64,000 nt of DNA, taken from positions 120,962,001 through 121,026,000 of the forward strand of contig OZ024744.1 of NCBI GenBank assembly GCA_964016885.1. The letters run 5' to 3'. Source of the DNA: Eledone cirrhosa (lineage: Eukaryota). The position numbers and the translations under genes are program-made. Shown in pieces: positions 1-15,000 of this stretch; position 1 is the stretch's first letter, and each line of letters begins with the position of its first letter. Below the pieces are notes generated by a model, which was given only the letters and a program-made list of their open reading frames with translations, did not search any database and was not told where the DNA came from.

Positions 1-3000
1 AGATTCTTTCCTGAGACATTCTAACCACGTCATAGTATCAGAGCTGTGATATCTCAATTCAGAGATTCTTTCATGAGACATTCTAACCACATGTCATAGT
101 ATCAGAGCTATGATCTCTCAATTTAGATATTCTTTCCTGAGATATTCTAACCACATGTCATAGTATTAGAGCTGTGATCTCTCAATTCAGAGATTCTTTC
201 CTGAGACATTCTAACCACATGTCATAGTATCAGAACTGTGATCTCTCAATTCAGAAATTCTTTCCTGAGACATTCTAACCACATGTCATAGTATCAGAGC
301 TGTGAACTCTCAATTCAGAGATTCTTTCCTAATACATTCTAACCACATGTCATAGTACTAGAGCTGTGATCTCTCAATTCAGAGATTCTTTCCTGAGACA
401 TTCTAACCACGTCATAGTATCAGAGCTGTGATATCTCAATTCAGAGATTCTTTCATGAGACATTCTAACCACATGTCATAGTATCAGAGCTGTGATCTCT
501 CAATTCAGAGATTCTTCCCTGAGACATTCTAACCACATGTCATAGTATTAGATCTGTGATCTCTCAATTCAGAGATTCTTTCATGGGATATTCTAACCAC
601 ATGTCATTGTATCAGAGCTGTGATCTCTCAATTCAGAGATTCTTTCCTGAGACATTCTAACCACATCTCATAGTCTAAGAGCTGTGATATCTCAATTCAG
701 AGATTCTTTCCTGAGACATTCTAACCACATGTCATAGAATCAGAGCTGTGATCTTTCAATTCAGAGATTCTTTCCTGAGACATTCTAACCACGTGTCATA
801 GTATCAGAGCTGTGATCTCTCAATTCAGAGATTCTTTCCTGAGACATTCTAACCACATGTCATAGTATCAGAATTGTGATATCTCAATTCAGAAATTCTT
901 TCCTGAGACATTCTAACCACATGTCATAGTATCAGAGCTGTGAACTCTCAATTCAGAGATTCTTTCCTGATACATTCTAACCACATGTCATGGTATTAGA
1001 GCTGTGGTCTCTCAATTACGAGATTCTTTCCTGAGACATTCTAACCACTTCATAGTATCAGAGCTGTGATATCTCAATTCAGAGATTCTTTCAGGAGACA
1101 TTCTAACCACATGTCATAGTATCAGAGCTGTGATCTCTCAATTCAGAGATTCTTTCCTGAGAACTTCTATCCACATGTCTGTAGTATCAGAGCTGTGATC
1201 TCTCAATTCAGAGATTCTTTCCTGAGATATTCTAACCACATGTCATAGTATCAGAGCTGTGATCTCTCAATTCAGAGATTCTTTCCTGAGACATTCTAAC
1301 CACATGTCATAGTATCAGAGCTGTGAACTCTCAATTCAGAGATTCTTTCCTGAGATATTCTAACCACATGTCATAGTATTAGAGCTGTGATCGCTCAATT
1401 CAGAGATTCTTTCCTGAGACATTCTAACCACGTGTCATAGTATCAGAGCTGTGATCTCTCAATTCAGAGATTCTTTCCTGAGACATTCTAACCACATGTC
1501 ATAGTATCAGAATTGTGATATCTCAATTCAGAAATTCTTTCCTGAGACATTCTAACCACATGTCATAGTATCAGAGCTGTGAACTCTCAATTCAGAGATT
1601 CTTTCCTGATACATTCTAACCACATGTCATAGTATTAGAGCTGTGGTCTCTCAATTCAGAGATTCTTTCCTGAGACATTCTAACCACGTCATAGTATCAG
1701 AGCTGTGATATCTCAATTCAGAGATTCTTTTATGAGACATTCTAACCACATGTCATAGTATCAGAGCTGTGATCTCTCAATTCAGAGATTCTTTCCTGAG
1801 AACTTCTAACAACATGTCTGTAGTATCAGAGCTGTGATCTCTCAATTCAGAGATTCTTTCCTGAGATATTCTAACCACATGTCATAGTATCAGAGCTGTG
1901 ATCTCTCAATTCAGAGATTCTTTCCTGAGACATTCTAACCACATGTCATAGTATCAGAGCTGTGAACTCTCAATTCAGAGATTCTTTCCTGAGATATTCT
2001 AACCACATGTCATAGTATTAGAGCTGTGATCTCTCAATTCAGAGATTCTTTCCTGAGACATTCTAACCACGTGTCATAGTATCAGAGCTGTGATCTCTCA
2101 ATTCAGAGATTCTTTCCTGAGACATTCTAACCACATGTCATAGTATCAGAATTGTGATCTCTCAATTCAGAGATTCTTTCCTGAGACATTCTAACCACAT
2201 GTCATAGTATTAGATCTGTGATCTCTCAATTCAGAGATTCTTTCCTGGGATATTCTAACCACATGTCATAGTATCAGAGCTGTGATCTCTCAATTCAGAG
2301 AATCTTTCCTGAGACATTCTAACTCCATGTCCACAGTATCAGAGCTGTGATATCTCAATTCAGAGATTCTTTCCTGAGACATTCTAACCACGTCATAGTA
2401 TCAGAGCTGTAATATCTCAATTCAGAGATTCTTTCATGAGACATTCTAACCACATGTCATAGTATCAGAGCTGTGATCTCTCAATTTAGATATTCTTTCC
2501 TGAGATATTCTAACCACATGTCATAGTATTAGAGCTGTGATCTCTCAATTCAGAGATTCTTTCCTGAGACATTCTAACCACGTGTCATAGTATCAGAGCT
2601 GTGATCTCTCAATTCAGAGATTCTTTCCTGAGACATTCTAACCACGTCATAGTATCAGAATTGTGATCTCTCAATTCAGAAATTCTTTCCTGAGACATTC
2701 TAACCACATGTCATATTATCAGAGCTGTGAACTCTCAATTCAGAGATTTTTTCCTGGGATATTCTAACCACATGTCATAGTATCAGAGCTGTGATCTCTC
2801 AATTCAGATATTCTTTCCTGAGACATTCTAACCACATGTCATAGTATCAGAACTGTGATCTCTCAATTCAGAAATTCTTTCCTGAGACATTCAAACCACA
2901 TGTCATAGTATCAGAGCTGTGATATCTCAATTCAGAGATTCTTTCCTGATAAATTCTAACCACATGTCATAGTATCAGAGCTGTGATCTCTCAATTCAGA

Positions 3001-6000
3001 GATACTTTCCTGAGACATTCTAACCACGTCATAGTATCAGAGCTGTAATATCTCAATTCAGAGATTCTTTCATGAGACATTCTAACCACATGTCATAGTA
3101 TCAGAGCTGTGATCTCTCAATTTAGATATTCTTTCCTGAGATATTCTAACCACATGTCATAGTATTAGAGCTGTGATCTCTCAATTCAGAGATTCTTTCC
3201 TGAGACATTCTAACCACGTGTCATAGTATCAGAGCTGTGATCTCTCAATTCAGAGATTCTTTCCTGAGACATTCTAACCACATGTCATAGTATCAGAATT
3301 GTGATCTCTCAATTCAGAAATTCTTTCCTGAGACATTCTAACCACATGTCATAGTATCAGAGCTGTGAACTCTCAATTCAGAGATTCTTTCCTGATACAT
3401 TCTAACCACATGTCATAGTATTAGAGCTGTGATCTCTCAATTCAGAGATTCTTTCCTGAGACATTCTAACCACGTCATAGTATCAGAGCTGTGATATCTC
3501 AATTCAGAGATTCTTTCATGAGACATTCTAACCACATGTCATAGTATCAGAGCTGTGATCTCTCAATTCAGAGATTCTTTCCTGAGAACTTCTAACCACA
3601 TGTCTGTAGTATCAGAGCTGTGATCTCTCAATTCAGAGATTCTTTCCTGAGATATTCTAACCACATGTCATAGTATCAGAGCTGTGATCTCTCAATTCAG
3701 AGATTCTTTCCTGAGACATTTTAACCACATGTCATAGTATCAGAGCTGTGAACTCTCAATTCAGAGATTCTTTCCTGAGATATTCTAACCACATGTCATA
3801 GTATTAGAGCTGTGATCTCTCAATTCAGAGATTCTTTCCTGAGACATTCTAACCACGTGTCATAGTATCAGAGCTGTGATCTCTCAATTCAGAGATTCTT
3901 TCCTGAGACATTCTAACCACATGTCATAGTATCAGAATTGTGATATCTCAATTCAGAAATTCTTTCCTGAGACATTCTAACCACATGTCATAGTATCAGA
4001 GCTGTGAACTCTCAATTCAGAGATTCTTTCCTGATACATTCTAACCACATGTCATAGTATTAGAGCTGTGGTCTCTCAATTCAGAGATTCTTTCCTGAGA
4101 CATTCTAACCACGTCATAGTATCAGAGCTGTGATATCTCAATTCAGAGATTCTTTCATGAGACATTCTAACCACATGTCATAGTATCAGAGCTGTGATCT
4201 CTCAATTCAGAGATTCTTTCCTGAGAACTTCTAACCACATGTCTGTAGTATCACAGCTGTGATCTCTCAATTCAGAGATTCTTTCCTGAGATATTCTAAC
4301 CACATGTCATAGTATCAGAGCTGTGATCTCTCAATTCAGAGATTCTTTCCTGAGACATTCTAACCACATGTCATAGTATCAGAGCTGTGAACTCTCAATT
4401 CAGAGATTCTTTCCTGAGATATTCTAACCACATGTCATAGTATTAGAGCTGTGATCTCTCAATTCAGAGATTCTTTCCTGAGACATTCTAACCACGTGTC
4501 ATAGTATCAGAGCTGTGATCTCTCAATTCAGAGATTCTTTCCTGAGACATTCTAACCACATGTCATAGTATCAGAATTGTGATCTCTCAATTCAGAGATT
4601 CTTTCCTGAGACATTCTAACCACATGTCATAGTATTAGATCTGTGATCTCTCAATTCAGAGATTCTTTCCTGGGATATTCTAACCACATGTCATAGTATC
4701 AGAGCTGTAATCTCTCAATTCAGAGATTCTTTCCTGAGACATTCTAACCACATCTCATAGTCTAAGAGCTGTGATATCTCAATTCAGAGATTCTTTCCTG
4801 AGACATTCTAACCGCATGTCATAGAATCAGAGCTGTGATCTCTCAATTCAGAGATTCTTTCCTGAGACGTTCTAATCACATGTCATAGTATTAGAGCTGT
4901 GATCTCTCAATTCAGAGATTCTTTCCTGAGAAATTCTAACCTCATGTCTGTAGTATCAGAGCTGTGATCTCTCAATTCAGAGAATCTTTCCTGAGACATT
5001 CTAACTCCATGTCCACAGTATCAGAACTGTGATCTCTCAATTCAGAGATTCTTTCCTGAGACATTCTAACCACATGTCATATTATCAATGCTGTGATCTC
5101 TCAATATAGAGATTCTTTCCTGAGATATTCTAAAAACATGTCATAGTATCAAAGCTGTGATCTCTCAATTCAGAGATTTTTTCCTGGGATATTCTAACCA
5201 CATGTCATAGTATCAGAGCTGTGATCTCTCAATTCAGATATTCTTTCCTGAGACATTCTAACCACATGTCATAGAATCAGAGTTGTGATCTCTCAATTCA
5301 GAGATTCCTTCCTGAGATATTCTAACCACATGTCATAGTATCAGAGCTGTGATCTCTCAATTCAGAGATTCTTTCCTGAGACATTCTAACCACATGTCAT
5401 AGTATTAGAGCTGTGATCTCTCAATTAAGAGATTCTTTCCTGAGACATTCTTACCACATGTCATAGTATCAGAGCTGTGATCTCTCAATTCAGAGATTCT
5501 TTCCTGAGACATTCTAACCACGTCATAGTATCAGAGCTGTGATATCTCAATTCAGAGATTCTTTCATGAGACATTCTAACCACATGTCATAGTATCAGAG
5601 CTGTGATCTCTCAATTTAGATATTCTTTCCTGAGATATTCTAACCACATGTCATAGTATTAGAGCTGTGATCTCTCAATTCAGAGATTCTTTCCTGAGAC
5701 ATTCTAACCACATGTCATAGTATCAGAACTGTGATCTCTCAATTCAGAAATTCTTTCCTGAGACATTCTAACCACATGTCATAGTATCAGAGCTGTGAAC
5801 TCTCAATTCAGAGATTCTTTCCTAATACATTCTAACCACATGTCATAGTACTAGAGCTGTGATCTCTCAATTCAGAGATTCTTTCCTGAGACATTCTAAC
5901 CACGTCATAGTATCAGAGCTGTGATATCTCAATTCAGAGATTCTTTCATGAGACATTCTAACCACATGTCATAGTATCAGAGCTGTGATCTCTCAATTCA

Positions 6001-9000
6001 GAGATTCTTCCCTGAGACATTCTAACCACATGTCATAGTATTAGATCTGTGATCTCTCAATTCAGAGATTCTTTCCTGGGATATTCTAACCACATGTCAT
6101 TGTATCAGAGCTGTGATCTCTCAATTCAGAGATTCTTTCCTGAGACATTCTAACCACATCTCATAGTCTAAGAGCTGTGATATCTCAATTCAGAGATTCT
6201 TTCCTGAGACATTCTAACCACATGTCATAGAATCAGAGCTGTGATCTTTCAATTCAGAGATTCTTTCCTGAGACATTCTAACCACATGTCATAGTATTAG
6301 AGCTGTGATCTCTCAATTCAGAGATTCTTTCCTGAGACATTCTAACCACATGTCATAGTATCAGAATTGTGATATCTCAATTCAGAAATTCTTTCCTGAG
6401 ACATTCTAACCACATGTCATAGTATCAGAGCTGTGAACTCTCAATTCAGAGATTCTTTCCTGATACATTCTAACCACATGTCATAGTATTAGAGCTGTGG
6501 TCTCTCATTTCAGAGATTCTTTCCTGAGACATTCTAACCACGTCATAGTATCAGAGCTGTGATATCTCAATTCAGAGATTCTTTCATGAGACATTCTAAC
6601 CACATGTCATAGTATCAGAGCTGTGATCTCTCAATTCAGAGATTCTTTCCTGAGAACTTCTAACCACATGTCTGTAGTATCACAGCTGTGATCTCTCAAT
6701 TCAGAGATTCTTTCCTGAGATATTCTAACCACATGTCATAGTATCAGAGCTGTGATCTCTCAATTCAGAGATTCTTTCCTGAGACATTCTAACCACATGT
6801 CATAGTATCAGAGCTGTGAACTCTCAATTCAGAGATTCTTTCCTGAGATATTCTAACCACATGTCATAGTATTAGAGCTGTGATCTCTCAATTCAGAGAT
6901 TCTTTCCTGAGACATTCTAACCACGTGTCATAGTATCGGAGCTGTGATCTCTCAATTCAGAGATTCTTTCCTGAGACATTCTAACCACATGTCATAGTAT
7001 CAGAATTGTGATCTCTCAATTCAGAGATTCTTTCCTGAGACATTCTAACCACATGTCATAGTATTAGATCTGTGATCTCTCAATTCAGAGATTCTTTCCT
7101 GGGATATTCTAACCACATGTCATAGTATCAGAGCTGTGATCTCTCAATTCAGAGATTCTTTCCTGAGACATTCTAACCACATCTCATAGTCTAAGAGCTG
7201 TGATATCTCAATTCAGAGATTCTTTCCTGAGACATTCTAACCGCATGTCATAGAATCAGAGCTGTGATCTCTCAATTCAGAGATTCTTTCCTGAGACGTT
7301 CTAATCACATGTCATAGTATTAGAGCTGTGATCTCTCAATTCAGAGATTCTTTCCTGAGAAATTCTAACCTCATGTCTGTAGTATCAGAGCTGTGATCTC
7401 TCAATTCAGAGAATCTTTCCTGAGACATTCTAACTCCATGTCCACAGTATCAGAACTGTGATCTCTCAATTCAGAGATTCTTTCCTGAGACATTCTAACC
7501 ACATGTCATAGTATCAATGCTGTGATCTCTCAATATAGAGATTCTTTCCTGAGATATTCTAAAAACATGTCATAGTATCAAAGCTGTGATCTCTCAATTC
7601 AGAGATTTTTTCCTGGGATATTCTAACCACATGTCATAGTATCAGAGCTGTGATCTCTCAATTCAGATATTCTTTCCTGAGACATTCTAACCACATGTCA
7701 TAGAATCAGAGTTGTGATCTCTCAATTCAGAGATTCCTTCCTGAGATATTCTAACCACATGTCATAGTATCAGAGCTGTGATCTCTCAATTCAGAGATTC
7801 TTTCCTGAGACATTCTAACCACATGTCATAGTATTAGAGCTGTGATCTCTCAATTAAGAGATTCTTTCCTGAGACATTCTTACCACATGTCATAGTATCA
7901 GAGCTGTGATCTCTCAATTCAGAGATTCTTTCCTGAGACATTCTAACCACGTCATAGTATCAGAGCTGTGATATCTCAATTCAGAGATTCTTTCATGAGA
8001 CATTCTAACCACATGTCATAGTATCAGAGCTGTGATCTCTCAATTTAGATATTCTTTCCTGAGATATTCTAACCACATGTCATAGTATTAGAGCTGTGAT
8101 CTCTCAATTCAGAGATTCTTTCCTGAGACATTCTAACCACATGTCATAGTATCAGAACTGTGATCTCTCAATTCAGAAATTCTTTCCTGAGACATTCTAA
8201 CCACATGTCATAGTATCAGAGCTGTGAACTCTCAATTCAGAGATTCTTTCCTAATACATTCTAACCACATGTCATAGTACTAGAGCTGTGATCTCTCAAT
8301 TCAGAGATTCTTTCCTGAGACATTCTAACCACGTCATAGTATCAGAGCTGTGATATCTCAATTCAGAGATTCTTTCATGAGACATTCTAACCACATGTCA
8401 TAGTATCAGAGCTGTGATCTCTCAATTCAGAGATTCTTCCCTGAGACATTCTAACCACATGTCATAGTATTAGATCTGTGATCTCTCAATTCAGAGATTC
8501 TTTCCTGGGATATTCTAACCACATGTCATTGTATCAGAGCTGTGATCTCTCAATTCCGAGATTCTTTCCTGAGACATTCTAACCACATCTCATAGTCTAA
8601 GAGCTGTGATATCTCAATTCAGAGATTCTTTCCTGAGACATTCTAACCACATGTCATAGAATCAGAGCTGTGATCTTTCAATTCAGAGATTCTTTCCTGA
8701 GACATTCTAACCACATGTCATAGTATTAGAGCTGTGATCTCTCAATTCAGAGATTCTTTCCTGAGAAATTCTAACCTCATGTCTGTAGTATCAGAGCTGT
8801 GATCTCTCAATTCAGGGAATCTTTCCTGAGACATTCTAACTCCATGTCCACAGTATCAGAGCTGTGATCTCTCAATTCAGAGATTCTTTCCTGAGACATT
8901 CTAACCACATGTCATAGTATTAGATCTGTGATCTCTCAATTCAGAGATTCTTTCCTGGGATATTCTAACCACATGTCATAGTATCAGAGCTGTGATCTCT

Positions 9001-12000
9001 CAATTCAGAGATTCTTTCCTGAGACATTCTAACCACATCTCATAGTCTAAGAGCTGTGATATCTCAATTCAGAGATTCTTTCCTGAGACATTCTAACCAC
9101 ATGTCATAGTATCAGAGCTGTGATCTCTCAATTCAGAGATTCTTTCCTGAGACATTCTAACCACATGTCATAGTATTAGAGCTGTGATCTCTCAATTCAG
9201 AGATTCTTTCCTGAGACATTCTAACCACATGTCATAGTATTAGAGCCGTGATCTCTCAATTCAGAGATTCTTTCCTGAGAAATTCTAACCTCATGTCTGT
9301 AGTATCAGAGCTGTAATCTTTCAATTCAAAGAATCTTTCCTGAGACATTTTAACTCCATGTCCACATTATCAGAGCTGTGATCTCTCAATTCAGAGATTC
9401 TTTCATGAGACATTCTAACCACATGTCATAGTATCAGTGCTGTGATCTCTCAATATAGAGATTCTTTCCTGAGATATTCTAACCACATGTCATAGTGTCA
9501 GAGCTGTGATCTCTCAATTCAGAGATTCTTTCCTAGGATATTCTAACCACATGTCATAGTATCAGAGCTGTGATCTCTCAATTCAGATATTCTTTCCTGA
9601 GACATTCTAACCACATGTCATAGTATCAGAGCTGTGATCTCTCAATTCAGAGATTCTTTCCTGAGACATTCTCACCACATGTCACAGTATCAGCGCTGTG
9701 ATCTCTCAATTCAGAGATTCTTTCCTGAGAACTTCTAACCACATGTCTGTAGTATCAGAGCTGTGATCTCTCAATTCAGAGATTCTTTCCTGAGATATTC
9801 TAACCACATGTCATATTATCAGAGCTGTGATCTCTCAATTCAGAGATTCTTTCCTGAGACATTCTAACCACATGTCATAGTATCAGAGCTGTGATCTCTC
9901 AATTTAGATATTCTTTCCTGAGATATTCTAACCACATGTCATAGTATTAGAGCTGTCATCTCTCAATTCAGAGATTCTTTCCTGAGACATTCTAACCACA
10001 TGTCATAGTATCAGAGCTGTGATCTCTCAATTCAGAGATTCTTTCCTGAGACATTCTAACCACATGTCATAGTATCAGAACTGTGATCTCTCAATTCAGA
10101 AATTCTTTCCTGAGACATTCTAACCTCATGTCATAGTATCAGAGCTGTGAACTCTCAATTCAGAGATTCTTTCCTGATACATTCTAACCACATGTCATAG
10201 TATTAGAGCTGTGATCTCTCAATTCAGAGATTCTTTCCTGAGACATTCTAACCACGTCATAGTATCAGAGCTGTGATCTCTCAATTCAGAGATTCTTTCA
10301 TGAGACGTTCTAACCACATGTCATAGTATCAGAGCTGTGATCTCTCAATTCAGAGATTCTTTCCTGAGAACTTCTAACCACATGTCTGTAGTATCAGAGC
10401 TGTGATCTCTCAATTCAGAGATTCTTTCCTGAGATATTCTAACCACATGTCATAGTATCAGAGCTGTGATCTCTCAATTCAGAGATTCTTTCCTGAGACA
10501 TTCTAACCACATGTCATAGTATCAGAGCTGTGAACTCTCAATTCAGAGAATCTTTCCTGATACATTCTAACCACATGTCATAGTATCAGAGCTGTGATCT
10601 CTCAATTCAGAGATTCTTTCCTGAAACATTCTAACCACGTCATACTATCAGAGCTGTGATATCTCAATTCAGAGATTCTTTCATGAGACATTCTAACCAC
10701 ATGTCATAGTATCAGAGCTGTGATCTCTCAATTTAGATATTCTTTCCTGAGATATTCTAACCACATGTCATAGTATTAGAGCTGTGATCTCTCAATTCAG
10801 AGATTCTTTCCTGAGACATTCTAACCACATGTCTCTAGTATCAGAGCTGTGATCTCTCAATTCAGAGATTCTTTCCTGAGACATTCTAACCACGTCATAG
10901 TATCAGAGCTGTGATATCTCAATTCAGAGATTATTTCATGAGACATTCTAACCACATGTCATAGTATCAGAGCTGTGATCTCTCAATTTAGATATTCTTT
11001 CCTGAGATATTCTAACCACATGTCATAGTATTAGAGCTGTGATCTCTCAATTCAGAGATTCTTTCCTGAGACATTCTAACCACATGTCATAGTATCAGAG
11101 CTGTGATCTCTCAATTCAGAGATTCTTTCCTGAGACATTCTAACCACATGTCATAGTATCAGAAATGTGATCTCTCAATTCAGAAATTCTTTCCTGAGAC
11201 AATCTAACCACATGTCATAGTATCAGAGCTGTGAACTCTCAATTCAGAGATTCTTTCCTGATACATTCTAACCACATGTCATAGTACTAGAGCTGTGATC
11301 TCTCAATTCAGAGATTCTTTCCTGAGACATTCTAACCACGTCATAGTATCAGAGCTGTGATATCTCAATTCAGAGATTCTTTCATGAGACATTCTAACCA
11401 CATGTCATAGTATCAGAGCTGTGATCTCTCAATTCAGAGATTCTTCCCTGAGACATTCTAACCACATGTCATAGTATTAGATCTGTGATCTCTCAATTCA
11501 GAGATTCTTTCCTGGGATATTCTAACCACATGTCATAGTATCAGAGCTGTGATCTCTCAATTCAGAGATTCTTTCCTGAGACATTCTAACCACATCTCAT
11601 AGTCTAAGAGCTGTGATATCTCAATTCAGAGATTCTTTCCTGAGACATTCTAACCACATGTCATAGAATCAGAGCTGTGATCTCTCAATTCAGAGATTCT
11701 TTCCTGAGACATTCTAACCACATGTCATAGTATTAGAACTGTGATCTCTCAATTCAGAGATTCTTTCCTGAGAAATTCTAACCTCATGTCTGTAGTATCA
11801 GAGCTGTGTTCTCTCAATTCAGAGAATCTTTCCTGAGACATTCTAACTCCATGTCCACAGTATCAGAGCTGTGATCTCTCAATTCAGAGATTCTTTCCTG
11901 AGACATTCTAACCACATGTCATAGTATCAGTGCTGTGATCTCTCAATATAGAGATTCTTTCCTGAGATATTCTAACCACATGTCATAGTATCAGAGCTGT

Positions 12001-15000
12001 GATCTCTCAATTCAGAGATTCTTTCCTGCGATATTCTAACCACATGTGATAGTATCAGAGCTGTGATCTCTCAATTCAGATATTCTTTCCTGAGACATTC
12101 TAACCACATGTCATAGGATCAGAGTTGTGATCTCTCAATTCAGAGATTCTTTCCTGAGATATTCTTACCACATGTCATAGTATCAGAGCTGTGATCTCTC
12201 AATTTAGAGATTCTTTCCTGAGACATTCTAACCACATGTCATAGTATCAGATCTGTGATATCTCAATTCAGAGATTCTTTCCTGAGATATTCTAACCACA
12301 TGTCATAGTATCAAAGCTGTGATCTCTCAATTCAGAGATTCTTTCCTGAGACATTCTAACCACATGTCATAATATCAGAACTGTGATCTCTCAATTCAGA
12401 AATTCTTTCCTGAGACATTCTAACCACATGTCATAGTATCAGAGCTGTGAACTCTCAATTCAGAGATTCTTTCCTGATACATTCTAACCACATGTCATAG
12501 TATCAGAGCTGTGATCTCTCAATTCAGAGATTCTTTCCTGAGACATTCTAACCACGTCATAGTATCAGAGCTGTGATATCTCAATTCAGAGATTCTTTCA
12601 TGAGACATTCTAACCACATGTCATAGTATCAGAGCTGTGATCTCTCAATTTAGATATTCTTTCCTGAGATATTCTAACCACATGACATAGTATTAGAGCT
12701 GTGATCTCTCAATTCAGAGATTCTTTCCTGAGACATTCTAACCACATGTCATAGTATCAGAGCTGTGATCTCTCAATTCAGAGATTCTTTCCTGAGACAT
12801 TCTAACCACATGTCATAGTATCAGATATGTGATCTCTCAATTCAGAAATTCTTTCCTGAGACATTCTAACCACATGTCATAGTATCAGAGCTGTGAACTC
12901 TCAATTCAGAGATTCTTTCCTGATACATTCTAACCACATGTCATAGTACTAGAGCTGTGATCTCTCAATTCAGAGATTCTTTCCTGAGACATTCTAACCA
13001 CGTCATAGTATCAGCGCTGTGATATCTCAATTCAGAGATTCTTTCATGAGACATTCTAACCACATGTCATAGTCTCAGAGCTGTGATCTCTCAATTCAGA
13101 GATTCTTTCCTGAGACATTCTAACCACATGTCATAGTATTAGAGCTGTGATCTCTCAATTCAGAGATTCTTTCCTGAGACATTCTTACCACATGTCATAG
13201 TATCAGAGCTGTGATCTCTCAATTTAGAGATTCTTTCCTGAGACATTCTAACCACATGTCATAGTATCAGATCTGTGATATCTCAATTCAGAGATTCTTT
13301 CCTGAGATATTCTAACCACATGTCATAGTATCAAAGCTGTGATCTCTCAATTCAGAGATTCTTTCCTGAGACATTCTAACCACATGTCATAATATCAGAA
13401 CTGTGATCTCTCAATTCAGAAATTCTTTCCTGAGACATTCTAACCACATGTCATAGTATCAGAGCTGTGAACTCTCAATTCAGAGATTCTTTCCTGATAC
13501 ATTCTAACCACATGTCATAGTATCAGAGCTGTGATCTCTCAATTCAGAGATTCTTTCCTGAGACATTCTAACCACGTCATAGTATCAGAGCTGTGATATC
13601 TCAATTCAGAGATTCTTTCATGAAACATTCTAACCACATGTCATAGTATCAGAGCTGTGATCTCTCAATTTAGATATTCTTTCCTGAGATATTCTAACCA
13701 CATGTCATAGTATTAGAGCTGTGATCTCTCAATTCAGAGATTCTTTCCTGAGACATTCTAACCACATGTCATAGTATCAGAGCTGTGATCTCTCAATTCA
13801 GAGATTCTTTCCTGAAACATTCTAACCACGTCATACTATCAGAGCTGTGATATCTCAATTCAGAGATTCTTTCATGAGACATTCTAACCACATGTCATAG
13901 TATCAGAGCTGTGATCTCTCAATTTAGATATTCTTTCCTGAGATATTCTAACCACATGTCATAGTATTAGAGCTGTGATCTCTCAATTCAGAGATTCTTT
14001 CCTGAGACATTCTAACCACATGTCTCTAGTATCAGAGCTGTGATCTCTCAATTCAGAGATTCTTTCCTGAGACATTCTAACCACGTCATAGTATCAGAGC
14101 TGTGATATCTCAATTCAGAGATTCTTTCATGAGACATTCTAACCACATGTCATAGTATCAGAGCTGTGATCTCTCAATTTAGATATTCTTTCCTGAGATA
14201 TTCTAACCACATGTCATAGTATTAGAGCTGTGATCTCTCAATTCAGAGATTCTTTCCTGAGACATTCTAACCACATGTCATAATATCAGAGCTGTGATCT
14301 CTCAATTCAGAGATTCTTTCCTGAGACATTCTAACCACATGTCATAGTATCAGAAATGTGATCTCTCAATTCAGAAATTCTTTCCTGAGACAATCTAACC
14401 ACATGTCATAGTATCAGAGCTGTGAACTCTCAATTCAGAGATTCTTTCCTGATACATTCTAACCACATGTCATAGTACTAGAGCTGTGATCTCTCAATTC
14501 AGAGATTCTTTCCTGAGACATTCTAACCACGTCATAGTATCAGAGATGTGATATCTCAATTCAGAGATTCTTTCATGAGACATTCTAACCACATGTCATA
14601 GTATCAGAGCTGTGATCTCTCAATTCAGAGATTCTTCCCTGAGACATTCTAACCACATGTCATAGTATTAGATCTGTGATCTCTCAATTCAGAGATTCTT
14701 TCCTGGGATATTCTAACCACATGTCATAGTATCAGAGCTGTGATCTCTCAATTCAGAGATTCTTTCCTGAGACATTCTAACCACATCTCATAGTCTAAGA
14801 GCTGTGATATCTCAATTCAGAGATTCTTTCCTGAGACATTCTAACCACATGTCATAGAATCAGAACTGTGATCTCTCAATTCAGAGATTCTTTCCTGAGA
14901 CATTCTAACCACATGTCATATTATTAGAGCTGTGATCTCTCAATTCAGAGATTCTTTCCAGAGTCATTCTTACCACATGTCATAGTATCAGAGCTGTGAT